Below, piece after piece: positions 17,873-25,757 of a DNA stretch of 32,000 bases (its first letter is position 1; each line of letters begins with the position of its first letter). The stretch comes from Massilicoli timonensis (lineage in GTDB: Bacteria; Bacillota_I; Bacilli_A; Erysipelotrichales; Erysipelotrichaceae): contig NZ_LT963434.1 in assembly GCF_900199515.1 (NCBI RefSeq), forward strand, positions 1,502,180 to 1,534,179, given 5' to 3'. The position numbers and the translations under genes are program-made. The notes below the pieces were generated by a model. The model searched no databases and was not told where the DNA came from. It was given only the letters and a program-made list of their open reading frames with translations.

Positions 17873-17904
17873 CTTCTGGACACTTTGTCCAGAGGCGCTT
17901 TTTT
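17873..17904 (+). terminator. 23-bp element copy 2 plus T-run (terminator-like)
   Basis: CTTCTGGACA-ctt-TGTCCAGAGG followed by cgc and T6. It starts 6 nt after the ardA stop. Confidence 0.5.
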
Positions 17905-17993
17905 CACGGAAAGGAGGGATACGGCTGATTGATGAGGACGTTTCCAGACGTACCATAGCAGTTTCCATTAAGGCGACAAAGCTCACGGGCCGG

Positions 17994-18401
17994 GTGCTGG
18001 CCCAGGCGTGTCTGGCGGTGGGCCGGAAAATCAAGAAAGCGCACCGGGCCCGCCAGACACCCCACGGCAAACAGACGGTGCGCCAGCTCATGGGCCACGG
18101 GGCCGCCACGAACAGCATCGAGGTGGAGTCCCCAAAGGACTTTGACCGGGTGGCTCGGAAATGGAATGTGGACTATGCCTTTTATAAAACCGGGCCGGAC
18201 AAGTACCTGCTGTTTTTCAAAAGTGGGCAGGCCGATGCCATCACCGCTTGTTTTTCGGAATATTCCCGGCGCGTGATGAAGCGTTCCAAGTCCCGGCGCG
18301 TCCCGATCCGGGAACAGCTCAAACGGGCCGCCGCTGAACTGGCCCGCCAGCCGTCCCACAAGAAAGAACGTGCAAGGGAGGCGGTGCATGAGGACAGATA
18401 G
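17994..18401 (+). CDS. PcfB/DUF3801-like conjugation accessory protein (5' end probably extends to ~17925)
   Basis: 135 aa from GTG 17994. The same frame is open from 17868 and encodes family-like ...TIAVSIKATKLTGRVLAQ upstream. AAGGAGGG sits at 17911-17918 with no canonical start after it. Confidence 0.6.
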   Translation: MLAQACLAVGRKIKKAHRARQTPHGKQTVRQLMGHGAATNSIEVESPKDFDRVARKWNVDYAFYKTGPDKYLLFFKSGQADAITACFSEYSRRVMKRSKSRRVPIREQLKRAAAELARQPSHKKERAREAVHEDR

Positions 18402-19377
18402 CGTCAAGAAATATGTAATACCCAACATCCCGTACCTGTTTATCCTGTGGGCCTGCCTAAAGCTGGGGACGGCCTACCGCCTGGCTCCCGGAGCGGACTT
18501 TGCTCACAAGCTGATGGGCCTGGGCCAGAGCATCGGCCCGGCCTTTGCCGACTTTGCGCCGGGGCTCCATCCCCTTGACTGGCTCATCGGCATTGTGGGC
18601 GCGGTAGGCTTCCGCCTGCTGATCTACTTCAAAAGCAAGAACGCAAAGAAATTCAGACGGGATGAAGAATACGGGTCGGCCCGCTGGGGGACAGAAAAGG
18701 ACATCAAGCCCTTTATCGATCCAAAGTTTGAGAACAACGTCATTTTGACAAAGACGGAGTTTCTCACCATGAACACCCGGCCCAAAAATCCGGCCAACGC
18801 CCGCAATCTCAACGCCTGCATCATCGGCTCGTCCGGTTCGGGCAAAACCCGCTTCTGGCTCACTCCGCAGATTTTGCAGGCCAGCGCGGATAAAAACGGC
18901 GGATGCAGCTATGTGTGCGTCGATCCGAAAGGCGGGGTGCTCTCTCAGGTGGGAGCTTTCCTGCAACGCCGGGGATATAAGGTCAAAGTGTTCAACAGCA
19001 TAGATTTTTCAAAATCCATGCACTACAATCCGCTGTCCTACATCCACAACGAAGCGGACATCCTTAAATTTGTGGACACTCTCATAGCAAATACAAAGGG
19101 CGAGGGCAAGGAGGGCGATCCGTTTTGGACAAAGGCAGAAACGCTCCTTTATTGTGCGTTGATTGCCTATATTATCTTTGAAGCTCCTGCCGAGGATCGG
19201 AACATCAATACCCTGGTGGACATGATTTCCGGCATGGACGTGAAAGAGGATGACGAGTCCTATATGAACGCGGTGGACTATATGTTCAAGGGCCTGGAAA
19301 AGCGCAAGCCGGATTGCTTTGCCGTGAAGCAGTACAAAAAATATAAGCTGGCCAGCGGAGATGTATGCTCTAAGTGA
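18388..19377 (+). pseudogene. VirD4/TraG-type type IV coupling protein, 5' portion only (interrupted by insertion)
   Basis: N-terminal TM helices and Walker A IIGSSGSGKTRF. The family-like sequence ends at ...KQYKKYKLA, then a 7-codon foreign tail (SGDVCSK) and a stop. About 329 aa are present, against the ~600 aa I recall for this family. No 3' half occurs in any frame of the window. Confidence 0.8.
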
Positions 19378-19428
19378 CTTCTTAATCATGGTTTTTGTCA
19401 TGGTTAGTGAAGCAGTCACTTAGAGCAT
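19365..19428. repeat. 14-bp perfect inverted repeat ATGCTCTAAGTGAC / GTCACTTAGAGCAT with a 36-bp spacer
   Basis: Arms at 19365-19378 and 19415-19428. The spacer contains TCATGG twice. It is followed by TTTCATTTC and then the recombinase RBS. Confidence 0.85.
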
Positions 19429-19450
19429 TTTCATTTCAGGAGGTACAGCC

Positions 19451-21331
19451 ATGAGAAACGAGAAAATCACCCCTCTGTATGAGCGTTTGAGCCGCGACGA
19501 TGAGTTACAGGGCGAGAGCAACTCCATAAGCCATCAAAAGCAGATGTTAGAGGAGTTTGCCCGCCGGAATGGGCTGCCGAACCCCACACACTTCACCGAT
19601 GACGGCGTATCGGGAACCCGCTTTGACCGTCCCGGCTTTCTGGCGATGATGGAGGAAGTCGAGGCCGGACGGGTGGAGGCCATTGTTATCAAAGACATGA
19701 GCCGTCTGGGGCGTGACTATCTGAAAGTCGGTCAGGTCATGGAGATTTTGCGGCAGCGCGGTGTCCGGCTGATCGCCATCAACGACGGTGTGGACAGTCT
19801 GAAAGGCGACGATGATTTTACCCCGTTCCGCAATATCATGAACGAGTTTTACGCCCGTGACACCAGCCGGAAAATCCGCTCCGTGTTCAAGTCCAAAGGC
19901 ATGAGCGGCAAGCACCTGACCGGCACCGTTATTTACGGCTATCTGTGGGACGAAAAGCGGGAACACTGGCTTGTGGACGAAGAAGCCGCCGAAGTGGTAC
20001 GCCGCATCTTTTCCCTGACGATGGAGGGCTATGGCCCCTATCAAATCTCCAAGCTGCTGTCCGAGGCAAAGGTTGAAATCCCCGCTGTCCATCTGGCACG
20101 CTTTCACGAGGGCGTAAACAGGTCAAAGCCGGTCAAAGACCCCTACGGCTGGGGATCGTCCACCATTGTGAACATCCTGAAAAAGCGGGAATACCTGGGC
20201 CACACCATCAATTTCAAGACCCGCAAACACTTCAAGGACAAGAAAAGCCATTATGTTGACGAAAGCGAGTGGACGATTTTCGAGAATACCCATGAGGCCA
20301 TCATCGACCAGGAAACCTTTGACAATGTGCAGCGCATCCGGGCGAATGTCCGGCGCTACCCGGACGGCTGGGGCGAGGCCCATCCTCTGACCGGCCTGAT
20401 GTACTGCGCCGACTGCGGCGACAAGATGTATGTCCATCGCGTCAATAACGGCAAGCGTGACCCACAGTTTACTTGCAGTCAGTATAGCAAATACCCTATC
20501 GGCTCCCTTTGCCCCACACAGCACCGCATCCGGGCCGAGGCCGTCCTGACCCTGATAACCGATATGCTCCGGGCCATCGCGGAGTATTCCAAGAATGACA
20601 GGGCTGAGTTTATCCGCACTGTCCAGGAAACACAGGCCGCCCAGCAGACCGCCGACATATCCAAGAAACGGAAACGGCTGGCCGCCGCCCAAAAGCGGGC
20701 CGGGGAACTGGAAAAGCTGATTTGCAAAATCTATGAGGACAACGCCCTGGGCAAGCTGCCGGATGCCCGGTATGAAGCCCTGGACGCACAGTATGCCAAA
20801 GAGCAGGACGCTCTCCATGCGGAAATCGCGGAACTGGAAAAGGCCGTTACCGGCTATGAGCAGAGCCGGAAATCTGCGGAGAAGTTTATTGCCCTGATTG
20901 ACAAGTACGAGAATTTTGACACGCTGACAAATACCATGCTCAACGAGTTTGTGGAGAAAATCCTTGTCCATGAACGCGCCCGCAAAGGCAGCCAGGACAC
21001 CACACAGGAGGTTGAAATCTACTTCAACTTTGTGGGCCGCTATATCCCTCCTGCCTTGCAGCCGGTTCCCCTGACCCCGGAGGAACAGGAAGAACTGCGG
21101 AAGAAGGAGGAACGCAAGGACAGGCTTCACCAGAACTACTTGCGCCGCAAGGCAAACGGCAAGCAGAAGGAATGGGAAGAACGCTACAACGCCAGGCGCA
21201 AGGCCCAGGTGGAGGCAGCAAAGGCCGCGATCCGGGCCGAGGACATGGAAAAGGGCGTTTTTATCCCCGTCAGCCAGTTACCCAGGCAGGAGCCGCGCAA
21301 GGCCACCATATCGGCCAGCGCCGCAGTTTAA
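19451..21331 (+). CDS. large serine recombinase (TnpX-like; resolvase domain, recombinase domain, zinc ribbon, DUF4368-like C-terminus)
   Basis: 626 aa. Catalytic-serine motif YERLSRDD, then VIKDMSRLGRDY, then Cys cluster CADCGDKMY...FTCSQY...C, then LNEFVEKILVHE...EIYFNFVG. AGGAGG is upstream. Confidence 0.9.
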   Translation: MRNEKITPLYERLSRDDELQGESNSISHQKQMLEEFARRNGLPNPTHFTDDGVSGTRFDRPGFLAMMEEVEAGRVEAIVIKDMSRLGRDYLKVGQVMEILRQRGVRLIAINDGVDSLKGDDDFTPFRNIMNEFYARDTSRKIRSVFKSKGMSGKHLTGTVIYGYLWDEKREHWLVDEEAAEVVRRIFSLTMEGYGPYQISKLLSEAKVEIPAVHLARFHEGVNRSKPVKDPYGWGSSTIVNILKKREYLGHTINFKTRKHFKDKKSHYVDESEWTIFENTHEAIIDQETFDNVQRIRANVRRYPDGWGEAHPLTGLMYCADCGDKMYVHRVNNGKRDPQFTCSQYSKYPIGSLCPTQHRIRAEAVLTLITDMLRAIAEYSKNDRAEFIRTVQETQAAQQTADISKKRKRLAAAQKRAGELEKLICKIYEDNALGKLPDARYEALDAQYAKEQDALHAEIAELEKAVTGYEQSRKSAEKFIALIDKYENFDTLTNTMLNEFVEKILVHERARKGSQDTTQEVEIYFNFVGRYIPPALQPVPLTPEEQEELRKKEERKDRLHQNYLRRKANGKQKEWEERYNARRKAQVEAAKAAIRAEDMEKGVFIPVSQLPRQEPRKATISASAAV

Positions 21332-21357
21332 CCGTCACAGTGCAAAGGAGGACGAAC

Positions 21358-21711
21358 ATGAACAAATTGACTTACACCCGCTGCGGGGATTACTACATCC
21401 CCGACCTGAAACTTTCCGAGCAGCCGGAGGCCCCCATCGGCAAGTATGGCCGTATGCGGCAACGCTACCTGAAGGAACACCGGCCCGGCCTTTACAGCAG
21501 CTTGGCTTTGAGCGAAAAGCTGTACCCGCACCTGTTGGAGATTGACCGGGCGGCGCGAGAGCGGATAGACGCCATGCTGCCCCGCATGATGGAGGCGGCA
21601 GGCGTCACCGAGGAACTGAAAGCCCATGACCCTATGCGCTGGGTGGGGCTGATGAACACGCTGAAAGCGCAGGTGGAGGAAATTATTTTTCAAGAACTTA
21701 TATTTGTTTGA
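21358..21711 (+). CDS. tnpV: TnpV-like transposon protein
   Basis: 117 aa from MNKLTYTRCGDYYIPDL. IGKYGRMRQRYLKEHRP and HLLEIDR resemble TnpV of Tn4451/Tn4453 (from memory). AAAGGAGGA is upstream of the ATG at 21358. Confidence 0.7.
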   Translation: MNKLTYTRCGDYYIPDLKLSEQPEAPIGKYGRMRQRYLKEHRPGLYSSLALSEKLYPHLLEIDRAARERIDAMLPRMMEAAGVTEELKAHDPMRWVGLMNTLKAQVEEIIFQELIFV

Positions 21712-21714
21712 TTT

Positions 21715-21750
21715 AAGAATGAACGTCAGAAAAATCTGGCGTTCATTCTT
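21715..21750. terminator. bidirectional terminator hairpin between tnpV and the convergent araC-family gene
   Basis: AAGAATGAACGTCAG-aaaaat-CTGGCGTTCATTCTT (15 bp including one G-U pair). The right arm overlaps the last codons of the AraC gene. Confidence 0.7.
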
Positions 21751-22714
21751 TGTTTATCAATTTTCTATACTCTCGTGGTAATAATCCAGTAACACGCTGG
21801 AATTGTTTTGCAAAACTTTCAGACCTATCATATCCAACCGCTTGTGCGATCTCTGCGATGCTTAATTCTGTTCCCATAAGGAGGTGCTGGGCCTGTCCAA
21901 TCCTTTTCTGCAAAATATAATCATAGAGCGTACAGCCGAAACATTCCTTAAAGGCAGCTTTTAACTTCGTCTGCCCCATAAAAGAAATGCGACACAACCT
22001 CTCAATCGGAACAGAAAAGGCATAATGGTTATCCAGATAAGCCGCAACTGCGGAAAGGTTCTCCTGATCCTGCTCTGTCAGATGCAGCTTCTTTTTCTTC
22101 TCCTGGTTGCTTTTAGCCCGCTCCATAATTAAAGAAACCGCTTCTAATATTTTGCCTTCATAAAACATCTTTGCCGTAAGACCTGTTCCCCGGTATCCTT
22201 CGATTTGCTTTAGCAGAGCAATCAATTCAGGGAAATCCGTTCCGATCTGCATTTTACGAAATGCTTCGCTGGGATCAATGTATTCTCCTGGAAATTTCTG
22301 CTGCAAATACCGTTGATAAAACTCCGGCATGATCGTAAAACTGATACTCTGCAAAGGAATATTCTTATGATAAATCGCCTGATACACCCTGCCTGCCTGC
22401 CCGATTTGTGCTTGTAAACTGTTAGGAGAAAGCTGGCGGTAAGGATGAAATTCTTCACCTGACACGGAGGTGTAATAAGTAACAGACAAAAATTCCGGTT
22501 CTGGACACTCTAACATAATGTCATCAAGAAAAAGAAAATCTCTGATGGTGATTTCAAACATATTTTCATAAAAATATACCCAAAAATGCCCTTGCCCCTT
22601 ATCTGCCTGTAAAGTGTAACAGGTAAATTCATTATAAGGCTGCCTGTGTTCGTTATCTAAAAAGAATCCTCCATCAGAAAGCATGGAATGATACATTTCT
22701 TTTATATGTTTCAT
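21743..22714 (-). CDS. AraC/XylS-family transcriptional regulator
   Basis: 323 aa from the ATG at 22714, with AGGTGA 6 nt upstream. The C-terminal double HTH runs ...IERLCRISFMGQTKLKAAFKE...SIAEIAQAVGYDRSESFAKQFQRVTGLLPREYRK. The N-terminal ~200 aa is a putative ligand domain. Confidence 0.85.
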   Translation of the reverse strand: MKHIKEMYHSMLSDGGFFLDNEHRQPYNEFTCYTLQADKGQGHFWVYFYENMFEITIRDFLFLDDIMLECPEPEFLSVTYYTSVSGEEFHPYRQLSPNSLQAQIGQAGRVYQAIYHKNIPLQSISFTIMPEFYQRYLQQKFPGEYIDPSEAFRKMQIGTDFPELIALLKQIEGYRGTGLTAKMFYEGKILEAVSLIMERAKSNQEKKKKLHLTEQDQENLSAVAAYLDNHYAFSVPIERLCRISFMGQTKLKAAFKECFGCTLYDYILQKRIGQAQHLLMGTELSIAEIAQAVGYDRSESFAKQFQRVTGLLPREYRKLINKE

Positions 22715-22729
22715 TGTTGTCACCTATAA

Positions 22730-22766
22730 ATACGCCGTTTGGACGAACTTATACGCCGATACGACG
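22730..22766. promoter_or_regulatory. direct repeats ATACGCCG (22730, 22751) and ATACGACG (22759); candidate AraC-type sites
   Basis: Two perfect 8-mers are spaced 21 bp apart start to start, about two helical turns. They lie in the divergent araC/ecfT intergenic region. Confidence 0.3.
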
Positions 22767-22821
22767 CTCCTTTCCAAAATCCATTGTGAAAGCAAAAGTC
22801 TCGTACTATACTTAGAAACGG

Positions 22822-22843
22822 TGATTAGTTAGAGCTAACCACT
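22822..22843. promoter_or_regulatory. DtxR/IdeR-box-like palindrome tgatta-GTTAG-ag-CTAAC-cact
   Basis: The core GTTAG..CTAAC matches the core of the remembered DtxR consensus TTAGGTTAGCCTAACCTAA, but with a 2-nt centre instead of 1 nt. It lies between the candidate promoter TTGTGA-17-TATACT (22784-22812) and the ecfT RBS. Confidence 0.3.
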
Positions 22844-22894
22844 TGATATTGTAGCACATACCTGTTGTTTTCACAAGGTAAAGGAGGTGAAAAT

Positions 22895-23617
22895 ATGCGG
22901 ATGAGTTTTAAGGCATCAATGCCGGACCCCCGCATTTTAATTATACAGATTGTCGTGGTGGCGGTATTGGCATCGGTATTTCGGAATCTGCTCGCATTAT
23001 TTCTTTTAGTGCTGATTGTAGATTTCCTGCTGTTACTTCAATGCGGGTGGGCGGTTTTCTGGAAAAACCTTCTGTCCTATGCAGCTATGCTGCTGATACT
23101 GTTTGCGCTGCAAGAGATATACATTCCGATTGTTTCGGATTTGTTTCCGCTTTTCCTTTTGTTGATGGCGAGGCTATATCCGGCGTATTTGGCAGTGAGG
23201 GTTCTGATTGAAAAAGCGCCAATGGATGAACTGCTTTTTTCATTGGAAATCTGGCGTTTTCCAAAATTAGTGTTGATCCCGTTGGCAGTTATTTATCGTT
23301 ACATACCAACGATATTGAAAGAGATCGGATACATTCGGGAAAGCCTTAAAATGCGGAATCTCCATTCCTCTATGTGGGATAAGGTATGCCATCCAATGCA
23401 AAATGTAGAAAACTTTTTTGTCCCACTTTTATATCGCAGTGAAAAAATTTCGGAAGAATTGTCTGCCGCTTCAATCTGCAAAGGGCTTAGCACAAAAAGA
23501 AAACGAACGTGCTGCACGAAAGTGAAACTAGGGGTAACAGATCTTATCTACTTGCTTTGTGTTGCGCTCCTTGCGGCAGGTTTAGCATTTATCAACTATC
23601 ATGTGATTTTACTTTAG
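22895..23617 (+). CDS. ecfT: ECF transporter transmembrane (T) component, CbiQ/EcfT family
   Basis: 240 aa from the ATG at 22895, with AAGGAGG upstream. About five TM helices and a cytoplasmic coupling-helix-like segment EIGYIRESLKMRNL. Confidence 0.65.
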   Translation: MRMSFKASMPDPRILIIQIVVVAVLASVFRNLLALFLLVLIVDFLLLLQCGWAVFWKNLLSYAAMLLILFALQEIYIPIVSDLFPLFLLLMARLYPAYLAVRVLIEKAPMDELLFSLEIWRFPKLVLIPLAVIYRYIPTILKEIGYIRESLKMRNLHSSMWDKVCHPMQNVENFFVPLLYRSEKISEELSAASICKGLSTKRKRTCCTKVKLGVTDLIYLLCVALLAAGLAFINYHVILL

Positions 23618-23636
23618 ATGGGAAGGAGGCATGAGA

Positions 23637-25118
23637 ATGAACCAGCCTGTCATTGAATTTTCAAACTTTAGTTTTACCTATCATAATGCTGACTCAGAAA
23701 GTCTGACAGGGATTGATTTAATCATTCGTAAGGGTGAATTTATCCTTTTGACAGGACATAGCGGCTGTGGCAAGACCACATTGACCCGCTGCATAAATGG
23801 GCTTATCCCGGATTTTTTCGAGGGGGACCTTTCAGGGAAATGCCGCGTTTGCGGTATGGATATTGCAGAACATGAAACAGGTGAGTTTTCACCGTTGGTC
23901 GGTTCGGTATTTCAAGACCCACGTTCTCAGTTTTTTACACTTCATGTCAAAACGGAAATTCCGTTTCCAAGCGAAAACCTGGGAACACCTATGGATAAAA
24001 TGCAGGAGCAATATGAAAAAGCGGTGGACGTTTTACAAATTCAGGGCTTACTTGGAAAGAGCATTTTCGACCTTTCCAGCGGCGAAAAGCAGAAGGTAGC
24101 CATTGCGTCAATTTATATGGTGGGAGTCGGAATTTATGTCTTGGACGAACCATCGGCCAATCTGGATTCGGAGGGTACAGAGCAGCTTCGTCAAGTATTA
24201 AAATCCCTCAAAGAGCAGGGTAACACCATCATCATTTCGGAGCATAAGCTCTACTACCTCAACGGGCTTACGGATCGTGTTCTGATTATGAAGGACGGAA
24301 AAATTGATAAAGAGATGGAAGGCAGGGTTTTCGACCGGCAGACAGCAGAATGGTTTACAAGGCATGGCCTGCGAAAATCCGATCTCGCACTTATTACACC
24401 AAAATCCTACCATCCTGTTAAGGGAGATGTCTCCATTCAAATAAAGAATTTGTCCTTTGGTTATCCGGGAAAACCGCTGTTATGGCACGATGTTACCTTT
24501 TCCGCTCATGGTGGAGAGATCATCGGTATCATTGGAAAGAACGGAGCCGGAAAAAGCACATTGATCCGAACACTTATGGGGCTTGAAAAGCCAAAGACCG
24601 GGAAAATTTCTATCAACGGAAGTTACTCCGGCAAGCAGCAGCGGCGAAAAAAATCTTTCTATGTCATGCAGGATGTAGATTATCAGCTATTTGCTCCGAA
24701 TGTATTGGAGGAAATGCTGATGGGTACGAAAAAGACAGAGATAGAAAAAGAACAGGCCATTTGTAAGCTGGAGAATTTGGGATTGGGAAAATTCCTGAAA
24801 AGGCACCCCACAGCTTTATCCGGTGGACAAAAGCAGCGGCTTTCTATTGCATTGGCAGAAATGAACCGTTTACCGCTTCTCTACCTTGATGAACCGACCA
24901 GCGGACTGGACGCAGAGAATATGAAGATTGTCCAGACTGAAATAAAAAAGCTGGCTGAAGGTGGCGCGTGTGTGTTTGTCATTACCCACGATTATGAATT
25001 TGCCGCAGAGCTTTTTTCTTCCCTTCTTCTTTTACAGGAGGATGGTACGATACAGTATCTTTCCCCTGATAAGTACAAGCCGGAAAACCTGGCTCAATAT
25101 TTTCAAATTTCATTCTAA
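23637..25118 (+). CDS. ECF-type duplicated ATPase (fused A-A' components)
   Basis: Two NBDs. The first has GHSGCGKTT, LSSGEKQKVAIA and IYVLDEPSANLD. The second has GKNGAGKST, LSGGQKQRLSIA and LLYLDEPTSGLD. ATG 23637 has better SD spacing than ATG 23631. Confidence 0.9.
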   Translation: MNQPVIEFSNFSFTYHNADSESLTGIDLIIRKGEFILLTGHSGCGKTTLTRCINGLIPDFFEGDLSGKCRVCGMDIAEHETGEFSPLVGSVFQDPRSQFFTLHVKTEIPFPSENLGTPMDKMQEQYEKAVDVLQIQGLLGKSIFDLSSGEKQKVAIASIYMVGVGIYVLDEPSANLDSEGTEQLRQVLKSLKEQGNTIIISEHKLYYLNGLTDRVLIMKDGKIDKEMEGRVFDRQTAEWFTRHGLRKSDLALITPKSYHPVKGDVSIQIKNLSFGYPGKPLLWHDVTFSAHGGEIIGIIGKNGAGKSTLIRTLMGLEKPKTGKISINGSYSGKQQRRKKSFYVMQDVDYQLFAPNVLEEMLMGTKKTEIEKEQAICKLENLGLGKFLKRHPTALSGGQKQRLSIALAEMNRLPLLYLDEPTSGLDAENMKIVQTEIKKLAEGGACVFVITHDYEFAAELFSSLLLLQEDGTIQYLSPDKYKPENLAQYFQISF

Positions 25119-25135
25119 AAAAGGAGTGTGTCGCT

Positions 25136-25735
25136 ATGAGAAATCAAACAAAAGAAAGTCGTAGATTGAAGGATTTAATCCGAATTGGCGTTTTCAGTGC
25201 GCTGTGGGTTGTGATTGGCTTCCTGGTGGCCTTTACGATTGGATTTTTCCCACCAATTTTATTGGTTCTTCCCTGTGTCCTCGGAATTATCGGTGGGATT
25301 GTCTATGTTGTCATGTTATCAAAGCTGACAATCCCAGGTGGTATTTTAATCAGTTCATTTCTGCTGGGTATCTGCCTGTTTACGATGGCTCCTTATGGCA
25401 TGATGTTCTTCTGCACTGTGGCTGGCGGTGTGATCGGAGAAATCCTTTATAGTGTTTTGGGGAGGCGTACAACCAAAGCAACGATGGTAGGTTCCTCCTT
25501 CGCTTTGGTAGGGCTGGCTCTCGGTGAATACATACCGTTCATCTGGATGCAGGACGCCTATCGTTCCATGCTGGTGAATGATGATTCCGGCCTTCTGGAA
25601 ATTGCTGAATGGTGCATGAATATCGTTTCTGTTCCGGTCATGATTGTGCTGTGCGTGGCAACGGTTACTCTCACCTGTCTGGGTGTGCTTTGGGGAAATA
25701 AAATCGTAAAAAAACGCCTTTCCAATGCGGAATAG
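25136..25735 (+). CDS. MptD/Trep_Strep-family putative ECF substrate-capture (S) component
   Basis: 199 aa, six hydrophobic helices and a basic C-terminal tail (KIVKKRLSNAE). The N-terminus LKDLIRIGVFSALWVVIGF is typical of the family (from memory). AAGGAG is 9 nt upstream. Confidence 0.55.
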   Translation: MRNQTKESRRLKDLIRIGVFSALWVVIGFLVAFTIGFFPPILLVLPCVLGIIGGIVYVVMLSKLTIPGGILISSFLLGICLFTMAPYGMMFFCTVAGGVIGEILYSVLGRRTTKATMVGSSFALVGLALGEYIPFIWMQDAYRSMLVNDDSGLLEIAEWCMNIVSVPVMIVLCVATVTLTCLGVLWGNKIVKKRLSNAE

Positions 25736-25757
25736 GCGGTAAAAGGAGTTGAAAATT

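Larger units (their letters stand above)
14800..19354 (+). mobile_element. GC-rich conjugative-element (ICE) segment holding leading-region and transfer genes; left boundary approximate
   Basis: Abrupt AT-rich to GC-rich shift near 14.8 kb. Gene set is ParB-like, DUF4406-like, ArdA, PcfB-like and T4CP, all on the plus strand. Confidence 0.7.

Noticed and set aside
17296-17873. 129-aa plus-strand alternate-frame ORF and 158-aa minus-strand ORF within ardA
   Set aside because: They are overlapped by the ArdA frame, which has strong family-typical sequence, and they have no independent signals.
19547-21130. Minus-strand ORFs of 186 and 335 aa inside the recombinase gene
   Set aside because: They are antisense shadow ORFs of a GC-rich gene with unmistakable serine-recombinase motifs on the plus strand. 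They show no domain-like sequence.
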